This document shows positions 1 through 7,208 of a stretch of 29,125 bases of DNA, one piece after another; position 1 is the first letter of the stretch; every line of letters starts with the position of its first letter. A program made the translations under genes and the position numbers. Under the pieces are notes generated by a model. The model was not told where the DNA came from. It worked only from the letters and a program-made list of their open reading frames with translations, and did no database searches. Source of the DNA: an uncultured virus (IMG/VR IMGVR_UViG_3300022663_000092) (lineage: Duplodnaviria; Heunggongvirae; Uroviricota; Caudoviricetes); the IMG/VR virus record IMGVR_UViG_3300022663_000092, positions 62,001-91,125 of that record. One strand, 5' to 3'.

Positions 1-1
1 C

Positions 2-385
2 CCCGGTCGGCTCGAAGTCGCCGTCGCGGTCCTCGACCGGCACGAGGTCGCGCGGAATGTCGCCCGCGGCTTCGGCAATCCGTAGCGACCAGTCCGCATC
101 GCTGTCGCTGAGCCGGTGGGCATGTTCGACCGCCCGCGCGACCGTGAGCCGCCACGCCCGCACCAGCAACTCGGTTCGCCCGAGCATGAGCACGGCCCCG
201 ATGAGCACGAGCACCCGCTTGTCGAGCTTGACGCGCAGCCCGTCCCATTGCGTGCCCGCCCGGTCGCGCGTCGGGTCGTAGTCGAGCAGTTCATCGCGTA
301 GGTCGAGCAATTCCTTCATCGCCCGGTTGCCGACCGTTCCGGGGAGCATCCCTTGCCCCGTTGTCCTCACGTCACCGTTTGCCAC
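2..385 (-). CDS. hypothetical protein, partial (runs off the left edge)
   Basis: Translated by hand: GTG at 385 preceded by AAAGGGGG, overlapping the helicase stop; open to position 2 (MANGDVRTTGQGMLPG...DFEPTG). Absent from the ORF track because it has no stop in the window. Confidence 0.6.
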   Translation of the reverse strand, partial: MANGDVRTTGQGMLPGTVGNRAMKELLDLRDELLDYDPTRDRAGTQWDGLRVKLDKRVLVLIGAVLMLGRTELLVRAWRLTVARAVEHAHRLSDSDADWSLRIAEAAGDIPRDLVPVEDRDGDFEPTG

Positions 386-1853
386 GTCGGCCCCCTTTCT
401 TCGGTGCCATCTCGCCGATGAAGTTGTCGACCTCGGCGGTCTGCCCCGGCTGCTGGTAGTCGACCGACCGCCCGTGCCGAATCGACCCCTCCTCGGGCTT
501 CCAGTCGAACTCGACGGCAAGCGGCCACGGGCCGTGCCGTTGCTTGAGCACGAGCACCGCCAGCGACGTGTCGGGCACGTTCTTCCACAACGCCGGGCGG
601 TGCACCCCGAGGATCGTGTCGGGCACCTCGACCCACGCACCCGACCCCTTGAGGCCTTCGCGCGTCGGCTGCTTGTCCTCGCGCTGTTCAACGTCCTTGA
701 GGCGTTGCTGGTGCAACAGGATGCAATGGCACCGCGTTTCCTGCGCGATTGCCTGCTGCCGGTACAACGCCGCCTCCTCCTCGTCGGGGTCGAATTGACG
801 CACCGCCCGTCGCCACAGGTCGGCCACGAACACGTCGGCACCGGTGTCGGCAATGTAGGCGTGGATGAGGTCGAGGTTCTCGTCGTTGATGCCACGCTTA
901 CCCCGCTCCCGGCCGAACGGCAGCTCGAAGAACCGCACCCACTCGGCGAGCCGTTCGGCCTCGCCGACGACCGCATCGCGCTCCTCCTGCGTGATGGCCC
1001 CTTCGACGAACGCCGCCCGCGACAACCCGAGGGACTGGATCGACATGAGTTCGAGCGTCATGCGCGACCCCTGCTCCCATGCCCCGAACAGCACCCGGCG
1101 GCCCATGTTCGCCTGCGCGACCGCGATGGCCGTCGTGAACGTCGTCTTGCCACCGCCCGACAACCCCGTGATGACCGTGACTTGCCCCGGTGCCGCACCG
1201 GGCGTGAGCCGATGCCGCCCCGCGTTCGGGTGCCCGTCCTCGTACACGTCGAGGCCGTCGATGCCGTAGGGGAAGCACGCCACGCCGGTTCGCCGCCGGT
1301 CGATGTCGGCCGCCATCTCCTTGACCAGCTCGCGCGGGTCACGCAAGTACTTCAGCCCGGTCAGCCCGAACGATGCCGCGACCTGCCGCCCGAGCGCACG
1401 CACCCGGTCGGGGTCGGCCGTCGGGTCGCGCAACGCTTCGAGCAACGACCCGACCGGGCCGCGGGCCGCTTCAAGCCGCGTGCGGTCCCATTCCAGCATC
1501 TCGACGTGGTGCTTGAGGTTCGGCGGGCTCGCCGGGCGGGCCTCGACGAGCCGCACGAGGTAGTCGGCATCGACCGCACCGCCCGCGAGCTGTTGCACCG
1601 TCGCCGGGTCGAACTGCAACTGCCGCCGTTCGAGGTCGGCGATGACGCGCCATGCGTCGGCGTGCCCCTTGCCGACGAACGCATCGGGCGGAAGCCGCGT
1701 CACGAGCCACTTGCGCGCCTTCGGGTCGACGAGCGCCGCGGCAATCACCACCTGTTCGTTCACCGTGTCGTGGGGGATCTGCAACGCCGGGTCGGCCGCC
1801 GTTCGCCTCACGGATGATCGATCATCCGTGCTTGCCTCGCTTCGCCGCCTCAT
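372..1853 (-). CDS. dnaB: DnaB-like SF4 replicative helicase (493 aa)
   Basis: N-terminal EQVVIAAALVDP resembles the DnaB N domain; Walker A GLSGGGKT; H2 VFVADLW; H3 LLHQQR; H4 LKGSGAWVEVPD; KQRHGP arginine finger. ATG at 1853 has GGAGG upstream and an ATGA overlap with the previous stop. Confidence 0.88.
   Translation of the reverse strand: MRRRSEASTDDRSSVRRTAADPALQIPHDTVNEQVVIAAALVDPKARKWLVTRLPPDAFVGKGHADAWRVIADLERRQLQFDPATVQQLAGGAVDADYLVRLVEARPASPPNLKHHVEMLEWDRTRLEAARGPVGSLLEALRDPTADPDRVRALGRQVAASFGLTGLKYLRDPRELVKEMAADIDRRRTGVACFPYGIDGLDVYEDGHPNAGRHRLTPGAAPGQVTVITGLSGGGKTTFTTAIAVAQANMGRRVLFGAWEQGSRMTLELMSIQSLGLSRAAFVEGAITQEERDAVVGEAERLAEWVRFFELPFGRERGKRGINDENLDLIHAYIADTGADVFVADLWRRAVRQFDPDEEEAALYRQQAIAQETRCHCILLHQQRLKDVEQREDKQPTREGLKGSGAWVEVPDTILGVHRPALWKNVPDTSLAVLVLKQRHGPWPLAVEFDWKPEEGSIRHGRSVDYQQPGQTAEVDNFIGEMAPKKGGRRGKR
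1810..1829. repeat. 20-bp perfect palindrome ACGGATGATCGATCATCCGT, copy 1 (inside the 5' end of the DnaB-like gene)
   Basis: Exact match; extends to 22 bp (1809-1830). Confidence 0.95.
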
Positions 1854-2098
1854 TCGTTCACCTCCGTCGCCGATGCCGACGGCACCCGCGGCAATGTCCG
1901 GTCGTAGGGCAACACCCGCAGCGTCGTCTTGATGAGGTCGCTGCCGACAAGCTGTGCAAGTTCGATCGTGCCGCGGGTCGGCGACCGCCACCACTGCCAC
2001 CACCGCCAGACCTGCCACCACCGCGGTTCATGCACGACGAATAGCTCGCCGCGCGTGCCGCCGAGCACGAACCCGTCGAGTTGGTGCCGCCGGTTCAT
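1850..2098 (-). CDS. small Trp-rich hypothetical protein (82 aa)
   Basis: ATGA overlaps at both ends (2095-2098, 1850-1853), consistent with translational coupling. Confidence 0.65.
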   Translation of the reverse strand: MNRRHQLDGFVLGGTRGELFVVHEPRWWQVWRWWQWWRSPTRGTIELAQLVGSDLIKTTLRVLPYDRTLPRVPSASATEVNE

Positions 2099-2565
2099 CG
2101 GGCGTGCCCTCGCACGACATCAACGCGGTAGTCGGTGAGCATCGCCTTGCTGCCGAACTGCGCCCGCCACGTGAGCCGCCAATCGGTGTCACGCCCGGCC
2201 GTCGTCGACCGCTTCACCCGCGCCCACGACCACGCCATGAACTCGACGCACCGCTTCGCGTCGCCGCCGAACTCCCCCTTGACGAGCCGGTCAGCCGCAC
2301 CGATTGCAGCGAGCATCGTCTCCTCGGTGAACAGTTCGGCCGGTTCAACGTGGTAGATCTCGGTGTGCAGCCACACGTAAAGGGCGACGAGGTGCTTGCC
2401 CTTCGCCTCGGTCCAGTTCCCGGTACGCCGCATCTCCTCCATCGCCGGGGTCGCGTGCGCGATGATCTCGCGCGGGGTCGGGTGTCGCCGCTTTGACTTC
2501 GGCTTGACCGATGCGACCGCCGCATCGAGTACGTCGGCCGCGTCGGGGTACTTCAATCGCCGCAT
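2095..2565 (-). CDS. hypothetical protein (156 aa) in the replication operon
   Basis: Fills the gap between coupled neighbours; AAAGGGGG upstream; ordinary globular composition. Confidence 0.75.
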   Translation of the reverse strand: MRRLKYPDAADVLDAAVASVKPKSKRRHPTPREIIAHATPAMEEMRRTGNWTEAKGKHLVALYVWLHTEIYHVEPAELFTEETMLAAIGAADRLVKGEFGGDAKRCVEFMAWSWARVKRSTTAGRDTDWRLTWRAQFGSKAMLTDYRVDVVRGHAR

Positions 2566-2566
2566 G

Positions 2567-3100
2567 TCATCGCCCCCCTTTCATCGCCCGTGCGCCGTCG
2601 GCCGCCCGGCGCACCCGTTCGAGGTACGCTGGCAGCTTCTCGGCGAAGTCGGCGTCGGCGATGCGTTGCAGCTTCGCACGCACCCGCAACACCGCCTGCT
2701 CGACCGTCTCGCCGGGGCGCAACCGCGTCGTCGCCGTGTACGGGCCGACCTCGAACACGTGGAACTGCACTGGCGAGAACCCCTCCTTGCCCCACGTCAC
2801 CGTCACCGACTCGATGTCGGGGTCGTGGTCAACCGAATCGGCTCGCGCACGCCGCGCGGCGTCGGCCCGATGCAACGCATCGGCGACCTCGGCACACCGG
2901 GCGGGCGGTGCCGCGTCAAGGTACTCGGGCGGGGTCGGTGCCGCGTTCGCCGCCGGGCCGTTCGGCTCACCGTACCCGTGCCCGTTGCAACACGTCCACC
3001 CCGACCCCGGAGCGTGGAACTGAGGCGCACCGCAGTCAGGGCACCGATTCACCCCGCCCGCATCGGTTGTCGTTGCCGCCGCATCGCTTCGCCGCCTCAT
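2567..3100 (-). CDS. Zn-ribbon-containing hypothetical protein (177 aa)
   Basis: CPDC...WTCCNGH motif; ATG at 3100 with AAGGAGG upstream and an ATGA overlap with the SF2 helicase stop. Confidence 0.7.
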   Translation of the reverse strand: MRRRSDAAATTTDAGGVNRCPDCGAPQFHAPGSGWTCCNGHGYGEPNGPAANAAPTPPEYLDAAPPARCAEVADALHRADAARRARADSVDHDPDIESVTVTWGKEGFSPVQFHVFEVGPYTATTRLRPGETVEQAVLRVRAKLQRIADADFAEKLPAYLERVRRAADGARAMKGGR

Positions 3101-4641
3101 CGTTCGACCTCCTTCAGCCACTCCCGCGCATCAACCCATTCGTCGCCGTCACGTATGACGACCCGCCGATTCCACCGGCATAGATTCCGCAACGGCTCAA
3201 GACCGTACACCGCCCGGTCGAGCAGGTAGTAGATTCGTGCGCCTTGCTTGCCGGTTGCGTCATCGCGTCGGCACAACCGACCCCGCACTTGCTTGAAGAA
3301 CGAACGGCCGTCGCGCGAGTTCGCGATCGGCGAGCAGCACACCCCGACACCGACCGACGGTAGGTCGATGCCCTGCCCGATCGCCTGATAGGTGCCCGCC
3401 GCGGCACGCAACGACCCGTCGAGCAGCGCGTGCAACGTGCGGTTGTACTCGTCGTCGTCGCCACCGAGCATGAGCCCGCATCGAACATGGCGTGCCGACA
3501 GGTCGGCATCGAGCCGTCGGCAATGCTCGCGCCGGTGCGACATCATCACGATCTGCTCACCGGCCGCGACCTCCGATGCTGCAAGCTCGACCGATAGCGC
3601 GGCACGCCTCGGGTCGGTCATCATGTCCTCCACGAGCTTGTCGAACGCGAGCAACCGTTCCTTCACGAGCGACTGAGGCATCGGCACGTCGTCGTCGCGT
3701 GCCCGCTTCTCGGCATCGCGCACCCGCGCCTGTAGATCGTCGTACCAGTCCGACGTGAAGTCGGTCGGCACGACCCGCACCTCGACATCGTGCACGACCC
3801 CCTGCGCCACGAGGTCGTCCTGGTCAATGTCCACCGCGATGTCGCCGAACGCATCGTAGATGAGGAATTGCTTGCGATCCTTGCGCCGTTCGTCGGCCGA
3901 CACGCCGATGCGATACCGGGCGGGCAACCGGTCGATGCACTCGAAGAACGTCGACGCCGCGAACCGCTGAAGCTCGTCGGCGATGACAACCCCGAACGTC
4001 GACGCAATGCGCCCGGTGTGCTTCACGAGCGATTGCTGCATTCCGATCGTGAGCGGCCGAATCCGGTGCGTGCCACCGCCGATGATGCCGACCTCATCCT
4101 CGGTGAGCCCCAGTTCGGCGACCGCCCGGCGCACCCACTGGTCGAGCAACCCGCCGGTCCACACGATGACCAACGTCGGCAAGTCGAGCCGCGATGCGAG
4201 TGCAAGCATCGCCGTCGTCTTGCCCGAACCCGTCGGCGCACGCACGACGCAGTTCTGCACCCGCATCGCCTCCTCGACGATCGTCTCCTGGTAGTCGCGC
4301 AACACGACCCGATGTCGCGGGATGCCCCGCGGCCCGTCGCCGTCGATGCGGTTGTCGACGACACGCCGGGCGATGCCGAACTCCTCGAACACCGCACGCA
4401 ACCGACCGATGCCGCCGCGCGGGAACGTCATCCACTCGCCGTCGTACCGGCACGACGCGATAGTCTTCGGCTCCCGGTACAACGCCGGGCCTTTCAACCC
4501 GAGCCGCTTCAGCTTCTCGTGCATCGGGTTGTCGTGGGTGAACTCGACCCGCAACCGTTCGACGACCTCGGCCGGGAGGTCGGCCGTGCGAACACGCAAC
4601 CGGCTGTCCACTTCGATGATGGTCTGCATGCCACCCATCAT
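3097..4641 (-). CDS. superfamily 2 (ResIII/XPB/UvsW-like) helicase (514 aa)
   Basis: Q motif LRDYQ, Walker A APTGSGKT, motif II IADELQ, motif III SAD, motif V GQGIDLP, motif VI QVRGRLCR; GGGAG 7 nt before the ATG. Confidence 0.9.
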   Translation of the reverse strand: MMGGMQTIIEVDSRLRVRTADLPAEVVERLRVEFTHDNPMHEKLKRLGLKGPALYREPKTIASCRYDGEWMTFPRGGIGRLRAVFEEFGIARRVVDNRIDGDGPRGIPRHRVVLRDYQETIVEEAMRVQNCVVRAPTGSGKTTAMLALASRLDLPTLVIVWTGGLLDQWVRRAVAELGLTEDEVGIIGGGTHRIRPLTIGMQQSLVKHTGRIASTFGVVIADELQRFAASTFFECIDRLPARYRIGVSADERRKDRKQFLIYDAFGDIAVDIDQDDLVAQGVVHDVEVRVVPTDFTSDWYDDLQARVRDAEKRARDDDVPMPQSLVKERLLAFDKLVEDMMTDPRRAALSVELAASEVAAGEQIVMMSHRREHCRRLDADLSARHVRCGLMLGGDDDEYNRTLHALLDGSLRAAAGTYQAIGQGIDLPSVGVGVCCSPIANSRDGRSFFKQVRGRLCRRDDATGKQGARIYYLLDRAVYGLEPLRNLCRWNRRVVIRDGDEWVDAREWLKEVER

Positions 4642-4653
4642 GCCGCGGCTCCC

Positions 4654-4673
4654 ACGGATGATCGATCATCCGT
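4654..4673. repeat. 20-bp palindrome, copy 2 (abuts the RBS of the SF2 helicase)
   Basis: Exact match ACGGATGATCGATCATCCGT. Confidence 0.95.
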
Positions 4674-4823
4674 CACGGCATGACGGCACGCCTTCGCCCC
4701 TCATCAACCCGTCACCGGTCGACGCCGCGCACCGCGCGGCGGGCACAATCGCGAGGCCGCAGGCCGAGCGATTGTGCGAGAGATCAAGGGATCTCAGTAA
4801 CTCCCACCCGCGAACCGCCCCCT

Positions 4824-4853
4824 ACCCTACACGTAGCGGTTACGTTGGCGCAA
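4824..4853 (-). promoter_or_regulatory. putative sigma70-type promoter for the leftward replication operon
   Basis: Minus strand TTGCGC-18 nt-TAGGGT in the divergent intergenic region. Confidence 0.5.
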
Positions 4854-4891
4854 GACTGCCACAACGATTCGATGCGCGGGTCGCGCGGCGG

Positions 4892-4897
4892 TACACT
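4892..4897 (+). promoter_or_regulatory. -10 element of a putative leaderless promoter
   Basis: TACACT exactly 6 nt before ATG 4904; no SD sequence. Confidence 0.6.
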
Positions 4898-4903
4898 CGA
4901 CGC

Positions 4904-5653
4904 ATGACCGACCTACTTCGTGTGCACCTCAAGGACCATCCGTGTGCCGACATCCTCGACCCCGACATCGTGCGCGAGGCGATCGTCGCCATCGCCCGGT
5001 TCGCGTGCGACGATGACCGCGGCCGCGTCAAGGGCGACTACGTGTTCGAGCGCGTCACCGAAGGGCGGCAGTCGTGCTGGGTCGTGAACGGCAAGCAACG
5101 GTGCTACTCCGGTTGTGGCGACCTCGCGCAGTTCGTGCTGTGGCTCGCCGCCGGTGCCGAACGGTACACCGACCCCGCCGTGCGCCGGGCGATGCGGTAC
5201 ACGAACCGCGCGGAGGCATGGGGGTGGAAGCAGGGGTGGAACATCTCGATGCTCGACGGGTTCGTGCCGTCGGGGTCGAAGTTGCGGCACCGGCCGGGCG
5301 ACAAGCTCGCCGCGCGGCCGGGCGATCTGCTGCTCATCGGGGAGGGCGGGCAGGAACACATCATGGTCGTGCGCGACATCGCCGCCGGGCGGCTCACGTC
5401 GCTCGACTACGGGCAGTTCTTCGACGGCAAGCACGGCGGTCGGCAATGCGTGCGGACGCTGCGCAAGGGGCCGGATGGTCGGCTGTGGGCGTTCTCGACG
5501 ACACCGCCGGGTCGCCCCGTCGTGTGGTCGATCGACACCGGGTCGTTGCTTCGCACCGTGAGCGGCACCGGGGAGTTGTTGCCAGCCGTCGTGCCCGCCC
5601 CGTTCGACAAGGGCATCGTCGACGACAACCCGTACTTCGACCCCTACCTGTGA
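4904..5653 (+). CDS. NlpC/P60- or CHAP-like cysteine peptidase/amidase, candidate endolysin (249 aa)
   Basis: Motif order YSGCGDLAQFV (catalytic Cys), ARPGDLLLIG, EHIMVV (catalytic His) matches papain-like NlpC/P60 enzymes; close to the holin-like genes. Start placed at ATG 4904 within ORF 4322..5653. Confidence 0.6.
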   Translation: MTDLLRVHLKDHPCADILDPDIVREAIVAIARFACDDDRGRVKGDYVFERVTEGRQSCWVVNGKQRCYSGCGDLAQFVLWLAAGAERYTDPAVRRAMRYTNRAEAWGWKQGWNISMLDGFVPSGSKLRHRPGDKLAARPGDLLLIGEGGQEHIMVVRDIAAGRLTSLDYGQFFDGKHGGRQCVRTLRKGPDGRLWAFSTTPPGRPVVWSIDTGSLLRTVSGTGELLPAVVPAPFDKGIVDDNPYFDPYL

Positions 5654-5654
5654 G

Positions 5655-6155
5655 CTACTCGAACCGCGGCATGGGCTGCCCTTGCGTCGCGAACGCGAGC
5701 ACGTAGGCACGCGGGTCGTCGGGGCGGAACCCGCCCGGCATGTCCCACCACACGTTGAGCTGCTGTGCCGCGGTCACGATGTCGAGCGGCACCCGAATGT
5801 CGAACGTCCACTCGCACAGCAACGCCCCCTCGCCCTTCGTCGCCGAATGCACCGACGCCCGGTCAACTATGTCGGTCATCCAGGGGGCGGGCACTTCCCA
5901 ATCGGCCCGTCGCGCGGTCACGACCGACGTGAACGGCGGGCCGAGCAGCCGCACCGTCGTCAGGATGCGCAACCGCCGGATGCGCGGCAACACCTCGCCG
6001 TCGAACGTGGGGGACTCGAACCGGATGCGGCTCGCATCATAGCCGAGCACCCGCATCGGCACGCCGACCCCGAACCGCTCGACGTTCCACACCCCGTCGC
6101 GCGTGAACCGCGCGGCGGGGAACGTCTTGCTTGACACGATGAGCGGTGCGGGCAT
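5655..6155 (-). CDS. hypothetical protein (166 aa)
   Basis: Tightly packed after 6160..6507 and convergent with the + strand peptidase. Confidence 0.65.
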   Translation of the reverse strand: MPAPLIVSSKTFPAARFTRDGVWNVERFGVGVPMRVLGYDASRIRFESPTFDGEVLPRIRRLRILTTVRLLGPPFTSVVTARRADWEVPAPWMTDIVDRASVHSATKGEGALLCEWTFDIRVPLDIVTAAQQLNVWWDMPGGFRPDDPRAYVLAFATQGQPMPRFE

Positions 6156-6159
6156 CGGG

Positions 6160-6507
6160 TCAAGCCTCGGGGCCGATCGTGCCCGCGAACAGCCGCGTGG
6201 GAGTGCCGACGACCGCCGACACGACGAGCGCGAACTGCAACCCGTCGGGCACCGGCACCGTCGACATCGTGAGTTCGCCCGCTTTGACCGTCTGGTCGGT
6301 CAGCTTGTACCACTTGCCGCCGATGCGAACCCAGGGGGCGACCGTCACTTGGTCGAGGGCTGCGCCGTCGAGCCCGAGCCACAACCCGCGTTCAATCGCG
6401 GTCGACATCGGGCCGAACACGTTCTTCTCGTTCGGCGGTGTTACGTTCGGGTCCGGTTCTGGCACGGCACCCGCGTCAACAGTGCGTTCCCACTTCCCAG
6501 CACTCAT
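6160..6507 (-). CDS. hypothetical protein (115 aa), beta-rich
   Basis: GAGGAGG upstream of the ATG; packed in the operon. Confidence 0.7.
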   Translation of the reverse strand: MSAGKWERTVDAGAVPEPDPNVTPPNEKNVFGPMSTAIERGLWLGLDGAALDQVTVAPWVRIGGKWYKLTDQTVKAGELTMSTVPVPDGLQFALVVSAVVGTPTRLFAGTIGPEA

Positions 6508-6517
6508 CGCGTCCTCC

Positions 6518-6751
6518 TCACGGGTCGTTGGCGGTCGGCTTCGGTTGGTTCATCAACAGCGCAGCCGACTTGACTCGCCCGTCCTCATAGGCTTGCGCGG
6601 CAAGCCATGCCGTCACGACCCACTTGATGAAGTCGAGGGCCTGCTCGCCCGCGACCCGTCCGAGGCCCGCGAGCACGACGATGCCGACGATCGCCAACAT
6701 CGTGATGAGGGCCTTGCGCGAACCGAACAACTGAGCAATCGAGTCGATCAT
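6518..6751 (-). CDS. holin-like membrane protein, 2 predicted TM segments (77 aa)
   Basis: SRKALITMLAIVGIVVLAGLG and FIKWVVTAWLAAQAYED; the SRK-hydrophobic start is typical of small holins; ATGA overlap. Confidence 0.6.
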   Translation of the reverse strand: MIDSIAQLFGSRKALITMLAIVGIVVLAGLGRVAGEQALDFIKWVVTAWLAAQAYEDGRVKSAALLMNQPKPTANDP

Positions 6752-6957
6752 CTGCGGGCCTTTCGTCGCCGGTGTGCGAGCCCCGCGTCGATGCGGGATT
6801 CGACCGCCGCAACACGTTCATCGTGGAGCCGGTCCATCTCGACGAGAGCTGCCCGGTAGTCGGCCATCGTGCACGGCTTGTCGCCGCATGCACACGGCAC
6901 CCGCAACGTCGGGCAATCGGTCGCCGGGGTCGGAATCGTGTGGACTGCGTTACTCAT
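6748..6957 (-). CDS. small hypothetical protein with a Cys cluster (69 aa)
   Basis: Overlaps both neighbours; CPTLRVPCACGDKPC followed by a helical, basic C-terminus. Confidence 0.55.
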   Translation of the reverse strand: MSNAVHTIPTPATDCPTLRVPCACGDKPCTMADYRAALVEMDRLHDERVAAVESRIDAGLAHRRRKARR

Positions 6958-7198
6958 CGTGGGTTGACCTCCGCATGAGTAGCTCGGTCAGTGACTCCAG
7001 CTTGTCAACCGACCGATGCACTCCCTCCTGCAACTTGAGCGACCGCTCAGTGAAGGCCTTGGCATCGTCGATGCGGGCCTGATGGGCCTTCTCCAACCGG
7101 TCGTGCAATCGGAACACCCAAAGCAAGAGCGCCGCGATGATGACGCCCGGCACCCCGAGCCCGGTAAGTGCGTTGATGACGGCTTGCATCGGTTCCAT
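6950..7198 (-). CDS. holin-like protein, single TM plus coiled coil (82 aa)
   Basis: LGVPGVIIAALLLWVF followed by a heptad-like charged helix (BhlA/UviB-like architecture); located after the tail genes. Confidence 0.55.
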   Translation of the reverse strand: MEPMQAVINALTGLGVPGVIIAALLLWVFRLHDRLEKAHQARIDDAKAFTERSLKLQEGVHRSVDKLESLTELLMRRSTHDE

Positions 7199-7208
7199 CG
7201 TGTCATGC

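Noticed and set aside
327..1817. 496-aa + strand ORF, and similar long + ORFs at 10353..12191, 17033..18415, 23872..26013 and 26080..27582
   Set aside because: Antisense shadows of real genes, expected in high-GC DNA; no motifs or RBS.
4322..4903. N-terminal extension of the + strand 443-aa ORF
   Set aside because: Overlaps the helicase antisense and the regulatory region; ATG 4904 has a correctly spaced -10 element.
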